Made by a program: the position numbers and the translations under genes. 64,000 nucleotides of DNA from Convolutriloba macropyga (lineage: Eukaryota), in NCBI RefSeq assembly GCF_964194025.1, contig NC_134478.1, positions 56,420,001 to 56,484,000 of the forward strand. Direction: 5' to 3'. Below are positions 1 through 12,858 of this stretch, in pieces. Each line of letters begins with the position of its first letter. Position 1 is the first letter of the stretch. Under the pieces are notes generated by a model. The model searched no databases and was not told the DNA's origin. It saw only the letters and a list, made by a program, of their open reading frames with translations.

Positions 1-1424
1 ATCTCTACTACATTTGGTAGACAATTAAGCCAACAATTGTCTTGAGCTTCTTGGGTTGGAAGAGGCTCCTTGTTTGACTTTGTTCTCATAGTATTGCCGT
101 TCCTGATTGTTATTTTATTTCAGCTAAGTAACCGTGATGCGAAGTTCTTTTTCTGTAGGTTCCAATTTTGCCAATTTAGTCTCGACAGGAATTTGAGAAT
201 GAATTCATAATTTTCAAAATCATAGATGTTTTTGTTTGATCGAATCAAAAGTGAGTTCACCGTGTCTGATTATAATAAAAAATATATCCCCACTGAAATA
301 AACCCAATGTTATCATTGAACTTCGGTCGCAATAATTTGTTTGGTTGTTTCATAACAGTTTCATGTCAAGTCCCACGGCTTGCTATGGCATGAAAAAATG
401 TGCAGCTCCTTAGCAGTCGAGTTGGGGTTTGTTTCCGGGGGGGGGGGGGGGGGGGTTCCGTAGGTTTTTTCAAAACCGAAGAGTTCACCTGTTGATTTCA
501 CAGACTGGTTCCTGGTCACTTGATCCGGTCTGAGTGGCTGCCAGGTAGCCATGGTCATCAGTGAAGGGTCCTACCAGACTCAGCTCAATACCACTCACTG
601 TTGCCGGATTTGAAGTTGTTTCTGTCGACTTAAATTGAACTACGCATACGAGTAATACATTTAATAAAAATGTTGTTAGTTTCATTTTTGGTTAGACGGT
701 TTAAAACGAGTTTATTTGCGTGGAGTTCTTTTTTTATAACTAAATTTTGCTTAAGTTATTAATGGTTAAAACATACCACCGTTGATTTTTGCCGTGCTTC
801 ACAATTTATGCGTACAGTTTATCAGAATATAAGCTGGTCGTAATTCAAGCTGCAACGCTAGTAAAGGTAGCTCTTAGAAATTTTGTTTTTAAAAATCGAA
901 TGTTGGTAAGACTTGTATCCGATTTTCTCTAGAGTTATGGTTTGTTAGTTGTGGCCAGGTTGTTGAATACAATGATTGCAATACAGAATTTATGAGGTGG
1001 GGAAAGTTGTGATGAAAATAGACCATAGTTTGCGTATTAATGCAAATGGGTTATCCTTGGTGGTGATGTTATTCATTTTTATTTTTAAATATGAAATATG
1101 TAAGAAATAATAACCGCATGGTTATTGTAACATGCTGGAAAATACTAATGTTACATAATATACATCGATATTCTCTTAAATTAGAAAAACATAAGGTTCG
1201 GCGTTCTTTAAAATTCTGTTCGCTTTCTAACGAGCCATTAATTGATCGAAATTTCTCAGCAGAAATGAATTTTTCCTACCCCACTTTTAGTGGGGGAGGG
1301 GTAACTAAATACTCAACTGGTTTTTTTTTTTGTTCAGACAATTTTGGCCGATCGATATAATCATCGTAGAGAGTTGTGAGTGGTATCATTAGAAAGCCCG
1401 TCCAGCGTAGAATATGGAATTAAA

Positions 1425-4352
1425 AGATTTTTTGATTTTCGGTTTTTATAGGGAGTTATCGAGGTTTAAAGTTTTGTGAATAGTAGACGATATTCCGTTG
1501 TTTTCTTTCACATTTTCCTTATTGTTGACCAAATTTTCGTTAATTTTTGCTAAAATATGTTGAAATTATTAACGGTAATGTTATTGATTTTATGTTAAGA
1601 TACAGGGGGTTTGCTGAATTGTTGTATAAGAGCTATTTGGCTAAATTGTGTGCTGAATTTTTCAACATTCAGACTTTTTCGTCTAAAATGGGACCTAATT
1701 TGCATTTTTAGCCCATTTTCTCAGAATTCGCTCAAAGTAGACAACTTAAAACTGCAGCCAAATTTGTAGTATATATAGAAAGAGAGGTAGTTGCATTCCG
1801 GCTGGCTTTAGGTGTCTTCGGAAATTATAATTCTGACAGATTTTTGCAAATTTAATCTCGATAATTAAACGAAATGCACTATTTAATTATTTATTTTTGA
1901 TATATTGAAAAGTTTTGTTTTAAAATTGACATATTTCGCGACCATTTGAACCATTAAATGTTTTCGTAGCAGCGCAGCAATATCAGGGCTGATATTGATC
2001 TCACCATGGATCCTTACGGTAAAAAAAATAATGGGGCGCGGTATTTTTAAAAATTATTTCCGCAGTTTTGTATGCAAATTTCTGACAAGAATTTCAAATC
2101 AGGGTTCTTTTTATGACAGATACTATTTACAAAAATTGAGGCCCAAGGACCATATTTTATGGTCTCAGAGTGAAGCTCGTGTTTTTTTTATGGCTCTGAC
2201 CAATTGCTTTCGTAAAATTTTGTTTGTGGATTTATTGTTTTGCATTCATTTTTTATATTTTTGTGTAGTCCAACGTCTTAGTCACCCCAATCAAAAATCC
2301 TATTGGCTTCATAGGAGGTATAGGTGAACCAGACACTGATTTCAGTTGTTATCAAATGTCTCTTATGACTTGGAATTCATTTGTTTTAAGAAAATGCCGG
2401 CGAATTTTTGACCCGTGCCACTATTTTCTCTTATTTCTCAGCTTCGGGCGTATTCTCCGTAAAAACAAGCAAAAAGCCATTTCCTGTTAGCTAGTAAAAT
2501 AATGTCTGCAACGGTTTTATGTTAAACTGATAATTTTTTGGTTTTGACACTACGAGCTTTCGATTTTTATTTTTGAGCATAATTGCAGATTTCATCTGTT
2601 CATTTTGTTTCGCTGTCGCATTACTACATTATTGACAGGTCCACTTGAAAGAAAGCTTAGTTAAGGAATTGAGCAGGGTTGAAAAGGGCGTATGTGAATA
2701 TAATAATTGTTTTTGTTTGTTGAATAACTTGCGCTTTTGGGCTGAGACAGTTCTCTCGCAAAATTTAGTGATTTTTTGATTTGGTGATTTTTGCGTATGT
2801 TTGTCTTTATTTTGGTTGTTGTTCTACATATACCTGATAATGATGGATACCAATTGCTTCACCAGGACGTTTAACAAACTATTTAAATGTTTCAGTATAT
2901 GGCTATTCTTTTTAATGGCTTTCAAATTAACTTTTTAAAAAATGTTTTTTTTTTCATTTGTTTCCTTCTTGCTTCGATTTTTGTTTCCATTTAACACACT
3001 TTTACTGATAAGAAGTCTCAGATATTTTTTCTGATTCGAACATTATTTTCTCGGTTGGTTATGTTTTGACTGATTGCTTGGACCTTTTAGTTTCATAAAA
3101 AATTTTCGAGATTTCTATCCTGTGTAAATTTTGGGATTCTTTCTGTTGTCATTCCTGTGAATTCCTTTCATAAGGAAAATCTCCTTTGATGACAACCAAA
3201 AGATGATTTACAGCTCTTGCAGATAACATCTTATAAATATAGTGCCTTGAACACTGGTGTCGTAAAATTGTTTGTGAATTTTCGGCTTCTGCCTTTTTGT
3301 TATTTCGTAGTCTGATGACTTAGTCTCATCAATGACAGGCCCAATTGGTTTTTTGAGGTGTTATATATTAATTGGTGTTTTTGTTGAAATTTTATGTTTG
3401 TTATGACTTTTGAAAAAATTTGGTTTTCAAAAACTTATTTGGATTTTTGAGCTTCGCCATTTTAAATTGTTCTTTGGTCGATTTGTAGCTTAGTCTCTGT
3501 AAAGACAGGCCACAATCCGTTTCTAGTGAGCTATAATTTAATTAAGAACGGTTTTAGTTTCAACCATTTGTTTCTCGGCTCTGTTACTACTGTTACTACG
3601 AAATTTCTTATGGTGGGATTTTTATATATTTACATTTTGAAGGACTTGTTTTCTTTTTAAATTATAACGTTATTGGTAGGTCCCACTGGCTTTGGAATAT
3701 TGCGCAATTCAACATTTTTATTGCTCTTAGTGACAAGTTTTTGGTTTGAACAACTTCACTGCCATTTTCGTGCTAAGTTTAATTTTGGCGGTATTTGTCC
3801 TTCTGTTTGTAGTCGTATGAGGTACCCTGGATAAAAACAGGTCTCAATTGCTTCCTATGGAGATATAAATGAAGTTTTCAGTGATTTCAGTTAACATCTA
3901 ATGATGATAATCAATCTTGAAATCAATTGTTTTCAAAAAGAGAAACGTATTTCTGAGCTTCGCACCTTTTGCTCTTTTTGTCGACCTGTTACCCAGTCGC
4001 AATGAGAACAGGTTCAATATTTTTTCTATTGAAGTATTGGTTAATTGTTTTGTTTAGGTTTTATCTGATGCAAGGTTGGTATTTTTCTTTATGATTTTTT
4101 AAAAATAGACATCGAGTTCTGGTCGTAATTAATGTTTTTTGTTTGATTTTTGTTATTGTCTTTTCCAGTAGTCCTATTAACAACAAGTTTTATCGGCCCT
4201 CTAGCGTGGCCTTATTGTATTCCATTAGTGGTTTATTGAACGATATGTAGGATTTTGAAAATTTTCTGTCGGTTCATCGTTTGATAGGCAAATAAGTCAA
4301 GAATGAGCGGGGTCGGATCATTATGTGCGTTAAGCACATCACCAAACCTCCT
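1425..4352 (+). repeat. Dispersed non-coding repeat, diverged direct copy of 52220-54335, with degenerate ~170-bp internal subrepeats
   Basis: Collinear blocks are shared with the 52-54 kb copy: TAGGGAGTTATCGAGGTTT (~1449 vs ~52239), TAGGAGGTATAG...TTTCAGTTGTTATC (~2312 vs ~52454), CTTAGTCTCAT...ACAGGCCCAATT (~3319 vs ~53444), AAGTCAAGAATG...GGTCGGA...ATGTGCG (~4294 vs ~54267). This copy has ~700 bp extra at ~1625-2310. Boundaries are approximate. Confidence 0.8.
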
Positions 4353-4380
4353 TGTTAAGTTCTAGGCGCTCTAACAACAT

Positions 4381-4400
4381 TACTATTCTTCTTATTTCAG
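4381..4400 (+). promoter_or_regulatory. Probable 3' splice acceptor upstream of the TECR coding exon
   Basis: Pyrimidine tract TTCTTCTTATTTCAG ends at 4400, 24 nt before ATG 4425 and in frame with it. Confidence 0.55.
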
Positions 4401-4424
4401 ACAAGGGTGTATAATCCGGTGCCA

Positions 4425-5333
4425 ATGATGGAGCTCGAAGTCCTATCTCAGCGATCGCAAAAGAAACTTGCGACTGTGAAAGTTGCTTCCGATTCCAATA
4501 TCGGACAAGTTAAACTAGCCATCGAAAAAGAGCTTCCAAAATTCTATCCAGATAGGCAAAGCCTGAAAGCGGAACCTCTAGGAAAAATGCTGAAGGATGA
4601 TATATCCGTGTCTAGTTTGCCAGAAAATAAGGTGTACTTTAAAGACCTCGGACCTCAGCTGGGTTGGAGCACCGTGTTTATTTGCGAGTATGCCGGACCC
4701 TTGTTTGTTTATTTGTTGTTCTACGCTCGACCATCAATCTTTTACGGTGCCGCGAATTTGAAAGGTGCCAAAACGCTTCCGGTTGTACACCTTGCAACCG
4801 CTTGTTGGTGTGGTCACTACGCGAAACGAATCTTGGAGACTATTTTTGTTCATCGATTCTCGCATGCCACGATGCCCATCAGGAATCTGTTCAAAAATTG
4901 TACATACTACTGGGGCTGTGCTGCATTTGTGAGTTACTTCATAAACCACCCCTTGTACCAGGGAACTTCATATGGTGACATGCAAGTTTATGCTGGTCTA
5001 GCAGGGTTCATCTTCAACGAATTGGGTAACTTGAGCATCCACGTCGCTCTTAGGAACTTGAGACCCGAAGGAAGCAAAGTCAGGAAGATCCCATTTCCTA
5101 CTGGAAACCCGTTCACGATTTTGTTCAACCTCGTCTCATGCCCGAACTACACTTATGAAGCTGGCATTTGGATCTGCTACTCAATTATGACCCAGAGTTT
5201 GCCGGCGGGTATATTCACCATGTTAGGCTTCTACCAGATGACAGTTTGGGCTTTGGGAAAGCATAGGAACTACAAGAGAGAGTTTCCCCAGTACCCAAGG
5301 GGACGCAAGGCTATCGTGCCTTTCGTGATATAA
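4425..5333 (+). CDS. TECR: Very-long-chain trans-2,3-enoyl-CoA reductase (steroid 5-alpha reductase family), intronless coding region
   Basis: N-terminal ubiquitin-like region followed by diagnostic TECR/Tsc13 motifs YFKDLGPQLGWSTVFICEYAGP, HYAKRILETIFVHRFSHATMP, NLFKNCTYYW, VSCPNYTYE, WALGKHRNY..EF..YPRGRKAIVPF. ATG ATG at 4425/4428; the track's start at 4407 is a GTG. Confidence 0.96.
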   Translation: MMELEVLSQRSQKKLATVKVASDSNIGQVKLAIEKELPKFYPDRQSLKAEPLGKMLKDDISVSSLPENKVYFKDLGPQLGWSTVFICEYAGPLFVYLLFYARPSIFYGAANLKGAKTLPVVHLATACWCGHYAKRILETIFVHRFSHATMPIRNLFKNCTYYWGCAAFVSYFINHPLYQGTSYGDMQVYAGLAGFIFNELGNLSIHVALRNLRPEGSKVRKIPFPTGNPFTILFNLVSCPNYTYEAGIWICYSIMTQSLPAGIFTMLGFYQMTVWALGKHRNYKREFPQYPRGRKAIVPFVI

Positions 5334-5442
5334 ATCCTGTATAATTCCAGAGATCTGATGGTTATAGCTATTGATTGATTGATAACAAGAAATGCTGATT
5401 TTGGATAATCGTAAAAAAGCTACTTATGTATGTAGTGAGACA

Positions 5443-5448
5443 AATAAA
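5443..5448 (+). terminator. Candidate polyadenylation signal of TECR
   Basis: AATAAA 110 nt downstream of the stop codon. Confidence 0.45.
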
Positions 5449-6339
5449 TTCACATAATTGTATGAAGAAAGATTCTGGATTGTTTCCAATTAACCCCTGC
5501 CCCCCCCCCCCCCCAACACCACCACATCCTCCAATGATTTGTGAAGTGAAATCTCTACAAAAATTACTCTAATCTCATCAATGCATCAAGGGTATATATA
5601 TTTTTCGGGTAGGCACCTGCAAATGGGGGGGGGGGGGTTCAGGGCTCGGGACCAGGGCTATAACTGGAAATATCCAGAGGAAAAGATGTGCGAGCTGGTC
5701 TTTCAGAAGTGTAATTTGAGTTACTATGAAAGCTTAGTGTATTGATGTAATTGCGGGCATTGAATGTCTTTCCATGAATATTTGATCATTACACCATCAC
5801 GTGAACAATTGAACATTTCATCCCAAATTTTAACGAAATCCTCTTTGGCGTCCTTTATTTGGTAAAAACGGAAACGAAAGTTGTAAAAAGTTGTCAATTT
5901 TTGAAGTGTGAAAGTTTGAAAGCGTCCCGAGCCTTGCCTATCAGATTCTGTTCAAAAAAGACTTCGACGGTGTATTGATTAATTGAAAAAAGAACATTTT
6001 TATGGATGTTGACTTCGAAAGTCTTTCTCCTAGTTGTGTGACCCATTTGAACCAATTAAATGTTTATTCTCTTCATTTTTTAATATGTAAAGATCCATTA
6101 CAAGCTGTATTTGGTATCCAATTTTTAGCGTGAAATCGGGTATTTTTAACGAACATGAAATTGCGGTGTATTTATTATCGTACAACTTTTAAATTGTCTT
6201 GAGTTATACAAAGCAATGATTCGGCATCGGCTGTTTTAAGGAAAACTGGTATCGCCGAGAGAAGCACTGTGCAACCGATAACTGTCGCCCAATTCTGAGA
6301 ATCTTGTAACTGGGTCACAAAATATTGATAATTGATCTG

Positions 6340-6366
6340 CTCTTCACTTTTCTGCTCCTTTTTCAG
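6340..6366 (+). promoter_or_regulatory. Probable 3' splice acceptor directly abutting the COMMD4 ATG
   Basis: Long pyrimidine tract CTCTTCACTTTTCTGCTCCTTTTTCAG followed immediately by ATG. Confidence 0.7.
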
Positions 6367-7002
6367 ATGAAGTTCAAGTTTTGCCGCGATCTCGATTGCC
6401 CAGATTGGGTTCTAGCCGAAATCAGCAACCTGTCAAAAGTATCATCAGTGAAGCTGAAGCTCATCTGCAACCAGGCTATCAAACTTCTGACCAACGATGT
6501 CTCTTTCGATTCTGAGAAAGTCGAGAAGCATCTAACAGATGCCAAACTTAACAGCGAAGATGATGTCAAAGGAATCCTGGCAGCTATTGTGTTTCTTCTC
6601 AAAGGTGCTATCTCAAATCAAGTTCCTAATGAAGATTTCGTCAGTGAAATGCAACAACTAGGTCTGCCAAAAGAGCATTCGGTAGTTTTGGGCAAAGCTC
6701 AACAATCTAACTCAGATTTAATCTCAAAAGTTCTGAAAGAAAATAGTTTTCGCGTGAACAGATTGCTAAGCTGCACCTCAAAGCCGAATTTCCATTTAGT
6801 AGAAACGACAGAACAGCATGAATGGGGAACAAAAATGATTAAATGCGAGACAGTTTTGGTGGAAATTTCGAGCTCTGCCGGATTTGAAAATGAGGATAAA
6901 TTTGCGTTCAATATTGACAAGGAAAAACTGAAACTATTGATTTATGAATTAAAAACTGCGCAGAATATTGCTAATAGATATGTTGAAATGAGCAGCGAGT
7001 AA
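6367..7002 (+). CDS. COMMD4: COMM domain-containing protein 4, intronless coding region (211 aa)
   Basis: N-terminus MKFKFCRDLDCPDWVLAEISNLSKVSSVKLKL matches the characteristic COMMD4 start (MRFRFCGDLDCPDWVLAEI..L.K.SSVKL.L). It also has EMQQLGLPKEH and a C-terminal COMM-like KLKLLIYELK.A. Confidence 0.93.
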   Translation: MKFKFCRDLDCPDWVLAEISNLSKVSSVKLKLICNQAIKLLTNDVSFDSEKVEKHLTDAKLNSEDDVKGILAAIVFLLKGAISNQVPNEDFVSEMQQLGLPKEHSVVLGKAQQSNSDLISKVLKENSFRVNRLLSCTSKPNFHLVETTEQHEWGTKMIKCETVLVEISSSAGFENEDKFAFNIDKEKLKLLIYELKTAQNIANRYVEMSSE

Positions 7003-8540
7003 ATAATTTCTTTTAATTAACTGGCGTGGAATTTAGTTTTCCATTTATATTTCATAGTTCTTCATAATTTATCTGTTCATTTATATATCGAGTATTAAAA
7101 TATTTTATCGAGTAACTTTTAAGAAAATCTGAGAATCTGATTTGACATTCATAATTCAAAACTGATCGACTAATTAGTTTTTTCATTGATTGATTTTTCA
7201 TGTGACGCTTTCGTCTTTTGGTCCCAAATACGGGATAAACATAGAGATCGGAGAACATTCATTTGCTGAGCAATTCTATTAGCGCGTTACTAGTCTCTAA
7301 GTTACAAATCACCGACGCTGATGATAAAAAATGTGAGAGGCAGTTTTTTGGGGGTTTAGATCGATTCGCCCGATAGGCAGTTATGTTTTGGTTTAGAAAT
7401 TCAGACATTTTTTGCAACTTCAGAGCTGTGGTGTGATAGTTGCATGCTCCAACATGGTGCGGGTGCAATGGTTTCGATTCTTATTCAGACTTTGAAGAGT
7501 CTCAATTAGAAGATGTATTCAACAAGTATCATAGTTGGGTTGTTGCAAAGCCCCAAAACATTTCCGCTCCTAAGAGATAGTTTCACAAAAATGCAGGTTA
7601 TCTAGAATCACGATTACCATTTTTAACACAAATACACCCAAAAAGTTGTCTGTCGGTCATAATAAGTTAAGGCTTTTTTCATTGGACTTAGACAGGGCTG
7701 TTTAATTTTTTTTTGAGATTAATCTTTTGCGTTTGATAAGCTGAACTAAGTAGCAAATTGTAAAATTTGAATTGATAAAGGTGACCTTACATCATAAGTT
7801 TGCAAACTGTGACATTTTAGTACAAAGCTCTTATGAATTTCGATGAGAAACAGATTTTGCTCGTCAAAAGACGTTAAAATTTGACAAACTGCATCAAATC
7901 CGTGTCTTAATTTTGAAACGGTATGCCGCTTTTTTTACCCGTATTTGTTTAACCCTCTATGATGTCACCCCCATTATCTTACCCCTCTATTTTAATCCTC
8001 AATATAATTGCTACTATTAACATTTCTTACTCAATAATTTTGCCTTGCCTCGCGGGTTATGGCTCAGCTGCCCGTGTAACTTGATATGCAGCTGTCAAAA
8101 CTGGTTCTGAGGGTTAGGATTACATTTTGAAAGTATTTTTGAAATAGCAGTCCAAACTTGGCGGGGAAAACTTACTATGTCTAGCCTATTTTCGCAATAT
8201 AAACGACAGCCGGAATCCGCGCGCTCAAGTTTCATATAGATATAACTCGGCTGTAGAACTCACTGTCATCAACTTGAATTCAATGGAGGTGGGGAGGAGT
8301 TAAATCTTAAATCTTAAATAATTTGGAACTTTTAATCCTGCGCTCATTAGATATCAGGATATTAGCATGCTGCTCAAAAATTTAAAACCAGTCACAAACG
8401 TGTAACTATTCGCAATCTGTTTCGAAAGGTGTTCTGTAATTGAATCTCATAAATTTCGAGCAGTTTTGTTAGCCGCACATATGATTGTGCAATCCATGAA
8501 TTTGAATAGCATAAAAGGTCAATGTTAAAAAGAAAAGCGT

Positions 8541-8597
8541 TTATTAATAGCCGCACAGCGATAGCTGGGCTATTATTGGCCTGCTCTTGGTTTTTTA
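8541..8597 (-). repeat. Solo copy of GA-tract element cassette L2, with no tract attached
   Basis: Reverse complement TAAAAAACCAAGAGCAGGCCAATAATAGCCCAGCTATCGCTGTGCGGCTATTAA closely matches 47520-47575. Confidence 0.75.
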
Positions 8598-8899
8598 CAC
8601 TTCAAAGAATTTGAATTGTATTAGGGCGCTGTGTTTTTTAAGGTGTTCACACATTTTTCAATTATTTTGATCTTTCAAAACGGGATAAACAGGTAAAGCC
8701 CAGCGGGCATTAAGTATCATTAGAGGCCCAAAGTGGACGTTGGTAGTCCTTCAAGTGTTTAGAGTGTAGCAGTTGCTGAGATGGCCTCAATTCAAGGTTA
8801 AAAGGTCATTTTTAGGAGTTTTTGTGCTCAAAATGGTGCAATTTTTCATGTTTTTTGTGTTTTTTTTGTTTTTTACGTTATTAGTCTTAGATTGAAGTT

Positions 8900-9850
8900 T
8901 TTAAAAGTTGAGGAAGGCCTTTTGTGAGACAGAAGTACTTGTTATGACTATTTTATGAGCTATATGTTATGGTACTACAAACACAAACACACAAAATGAT
9001 ACTAGTTTTTGCAATTTTTTTTCAAGTTTTTTGAAAATAATTGTCATTTTTTGCGTTTTTCCTGCTTTAGGGGACAGGGAATCTCCTTTAAGGTTTGATA
9101 ATAGGGCACTGTATAGTTTCTAGTAATAATGGAGTGATTTTCAACATTTTAATGTCTCGAATTTTAGCATTTTTTTTTTGATAAAATCTGCATTTTTTTA
9201 GAGGTTTCCTAAAGTTTTTGTCAATTTTGAAATTTTTCCATTCTCAAGTGACAGGAAACCTATTCCACGGTCTGAAAAAAGTTACTGCATAGTTGTTAGT
9301 TTCAATGGATTTGTTTTCAACAATTGAACCTTTCAAATTTTGAAAATTTTCTGATAAAAATTGCAAATTTTTTGAGTTTCTTTAAAACATTTGTCTTTTA
9401 TTCAGTTTTTTTGGCCTGAGTAGCCAGATAATCGCATACCGCGTTTGATAGTATGTTATTAAATAGTTGCTAGGGGGTAATTGGATGGTTTGCAACATTT
9501 AAATAGAACGAATTTCTGTTTTTTTGCTATTTGAAATTTTTTATAAAAATTATTGCCTATCGATCTTTGAACCAATTTTTTTAAGGCTTGGAATTGGCTT
9601 ACTGGATAGCCTCTAGAGACACTAGAATCATTTTTAAGAAATGATTCTTAAGATATTATTATCACGATTTTCAGCAACATTTCATTAAAATTTCAATTGA
9701 TATCATTTTTTTCATTTTTGAAAATTTTCGAGTTAATCGGTCTTCAAGGGCCGATGAATTTTTTCAGGCCTTGCAATTATAATACTGCACCCATTTCAGA
9801 AACAAAGTTTGGTTTTGAACATATTTTTGAAATAGGTATATTTAAAGGGA
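8900..9850. repeat. Highly degenerate ~175-bp tandem array
   Basis: A block of the form GTTTGATA...ACTG(T/C)ATAGTT..TAG...TGGA...TTTTCAACA recurs near 9090, 9265 and 9440, with weaker copies near 9580 and 9765. Confidence 0.5.
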
Positions 9851-10061
9851 TCAAATTTTGCCTTAGGGGTAAAAACTTCAAAGTTTTATCAATGATTATA
9901 TATTTGTTTAGTTTGTTTGATTGTTTGTTTCTCAGTTTTTTTTGAGATGATTTTGGTTGTGTTTTGGCTGGCATCGCTGAATTGATCTTCTGGTCAGATA
10001 GAGTAATTCCAAGTTTTTCATTCAATGCTCTGAATTGTATTTCAGGACTTGTCCTGCTATG

Positions 10062-10515
10062 TTTTTTTTTATTTCGTCGCGATTTTTGTTGAGACCATAT
10101 GACGTCACAATCACGTCAAATCTGCTTTTTGTTCATTCGTTCATGCAATTTCAACTGAAGTGCGTGTGTGACGTCATTTTTTGCTCTTAGTGGAGCGGGT
10201 TTTTTTGTTCATTCGCGTGATTAAATTTTTGGTCACACTTGACTTACCTCACTCTCAAAAATGACTTCCTCACTATTGATAAGAAATCAACGAGATAAGG
10301 TCAATTGGGTGTGTATCACTCTAAATGAAGGGTATTTGAGAGCAGCTAATAGAGGTAGCAGAAACTTATACAGATTTTTAATCAAAATATAACATATCGG
10401 CCTTCAATGAAAAGACGAATTTTTTGGTCTGTCTTTTTTACTGCTTTTTTTGAGACTGCAGATCTACAAAGCTATTGCGGCTATTTTCTGCCAATCTGCC
10501 AGCTAGCTGTTTTGA
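10062..10515 (-). repeat. Solo inverted copy of GA-tract element cassette R1, containing two TGACGTCA sites
   Basis: Reverse complement aligns over ~450 bp to 47064-47525 (e.g. GTGAGGAAGTCATTTTTGAGAGTG, GAACGAATGAACAAAAAGCAGATTTGA). TGACGTCA at 10100 and 10169. Confidence 0.85.
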
Positions 10516-12858
10516 ACTGTTCTACCTTTTGGTACTTTTATAATTTAAAGAATAAGATTAGTTGAAGCAACTCAATCTTGCTAAATGCTCTCTTATTTCA
10601 TATTTTTGTCAATTTTAAGACAGCACGTAACGAGAAATCAAAAAAATGCTGGAAAATTTTCATGTAATGATCTGAATAGAAACTATTCTATAAAAGTTTT
10701 TGTAGAACTCTCAAGCTCGTTTCTATCAAACGAAAATTAACCAACTTTGATGACAAACGGGTAAAAACAAACTTTGCGAGCAAACTGACGATAATAGAAA
10801 CCAGCCATTTGATTTTCTCTTTGGTTCCACGGGGTTCTGATTCCGTGGTTGTTGATGTCTCAAAACCTATTCCCCGGCTTGTAAGCAGCATTTATACATA
10901 AAGAATTTCTCTGATCAGTTGGTTTTTTTCGCAAATTATTCTTACGTCTAGTAATAGGATGCCGCCTCACGTTTCATTATTTTTTGATCCTGCTGTTAAG
11001 TGCTTTTTTTTGAAAAAAATTATATATTTTAAGCAATGTCGATTGTTAAACGTCCATGCAATTCGTAGTCGAATGTATTTCCCTTCAATATTTCTGAGGG
11101 AGGTACTATAAGTTATAAAATTTGCAAATATCAGGTGTTTTACCAATTTTATGAAATCGGTTGTCTAAAATTAGTTTATAGAAAGCAAACCTATAATAAT
11201 TCATTATCAGGAGTGCTCCTAAGTTTCTCCAAAAAACTCATTTTGAAGTTGGATGTCCTGAATTCATTTTGTTATGTTTGTTCAAACAATTCATAGAAAT
11301 TGATAAATATATCTTTGTGCGACACGCTTTTCGTCAGTCAAAACTTAGATTTGTCTAGTGATTGTAGAGAAAAAACATAACTTGTGAAAAATCTAACTTT
11401 TCAATAATTTGAAAATTGGGAGAACTTAAAAAGGTCTAAGGAAAAATTGTAAAAACAACGATAGACTAGGCCCAAATTTTGAAATTCTAATAATTTTGGA
11501 AGTGAATGAGTTTGTTCTCATATCAAGCTCACATTATGACAAAAAACTTTGCAAAAAGATCTATAATAATTTAAAAGGAAAAACTGTAGAGAAATGTTCT
11601 CTTAGTTGTTTTCTGTATAGATAGCAAATATTGGAAGCATCTTGTAGCTAACCAGAGCGTGAAATGACAAAAAGCGCATAACTTAACGGTTAGAATGTCA
11701 CGAGAAAAAAAAAGCAAAATTAAAACACTTTTTATAAAACAAACTTTGGAACTGCATCTCAACCTACTTCAATTTTCTGGATTGGAAAACCACCCTTGAA
11801 ATTGTTTGTCTGTTCAAGATTTCGTTTGAACTGCTTTTGAACTGCACTGAAAAGTTTTGACGAAAATTTTTTTCTGATAAGATTTTTGTGATAATTTTAT
11901 CAGGCTAAAAGGTATGGTTTTTCTTACTTATGTTTTTTTCTCAAAATAAACTGCTTCTAGTTGTTTTAGAAAATCGGAAGTCATCGCTTTGTTGAGAGCA
12001 AATAAATGTTTTGATAAATTTTTTGATAAGCTTGAGAGGTACATTGAAACATACTGTACTACACATTTTATTAGAAGTTCAATTTAGATTTTCAAGATAA
12101 TAAGCGTAATTTCCGAGGAGAAAGCTAATTTCCTCAATGTTTCGCCCATTATGTTCGTTTTTTCAAAAAATTTATACCACTCGTCTGCAACTGTTCCGCT
12201 ATTTTGCGATCAATTCTGCGCGCTTTTCTCTCCCACTACTCGCCGGGTCAGTGTCAAAGCTAAAAATTTTAAAAGCTCAAGAATTGCGTGAATGGTTTTA
12301 AGATTTAAAGTTTTATTGCTGAATGAGGTGAAAGTGGTAAAACTAAAATTTTTACCGGTAATTCTTTGTTAAAGAATCTTTTTCTGGTGAGTTTTTGAAA
12401 GATTCGCTGTTTTAAGCGGTGATTTTTATTTCACCGCGTTTATTTTTTAGCAGTGTAATGTTTATTTTCACTGCTTAAGTGGTGAAAATAAAAACTTCAC
12501 TGCTAGAATTCGGTAATTTTGCAAAAATTCGCGGCTTAAAAGTGCAAATCTTAAAAAATTTCAACGCATATGTTCTGGTAAAAGTTGGGTGAATCTAATT
12601 TAAATTCAAATGAGAAACAGGATGAGTAAGTTACATATGACAGAGTGGATAGACAGGTTGCTGGTATGCAGGAGCTCAGAGGTTCTAACCAGGGTACGGG
12701 AATGTGTTTTGTTAAGAAATCTGGTGAATGGGGTGAAAAAAAATTCACCGCTAAACCCCCAAATCTTACAAAAAGTCATGGCTTTCAACTCATTCATGGC
12801 TTAAAAGGTGGAGGCTTTGTGAAAAATATATCTTTTCACCGCTATTCACAGCAAATTA

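Noticed and set aside
280-950. Possible decayed LINE endonuclease (KPNVI, GGGV, KTCI-like fragments)
   Set aside because: Motifs are too short and frame-broken to support without a profile search.
4407-4424. ORF-track start of TECR at 4407 (likewise COMMD4 at 6325)
   Set aside because: These are GTG/TTG starts. The real ATGs are at 4425 and 6367, and the COMMD4 extension is a polypyrimidine acceptor.
12610-12804. ORF MRNRMSKLH... as first exon of gene A
   Set aside because: Its candidate donors are not phase 1 in this frame and the peptide is not signal-like. 13178-13199 fits better.
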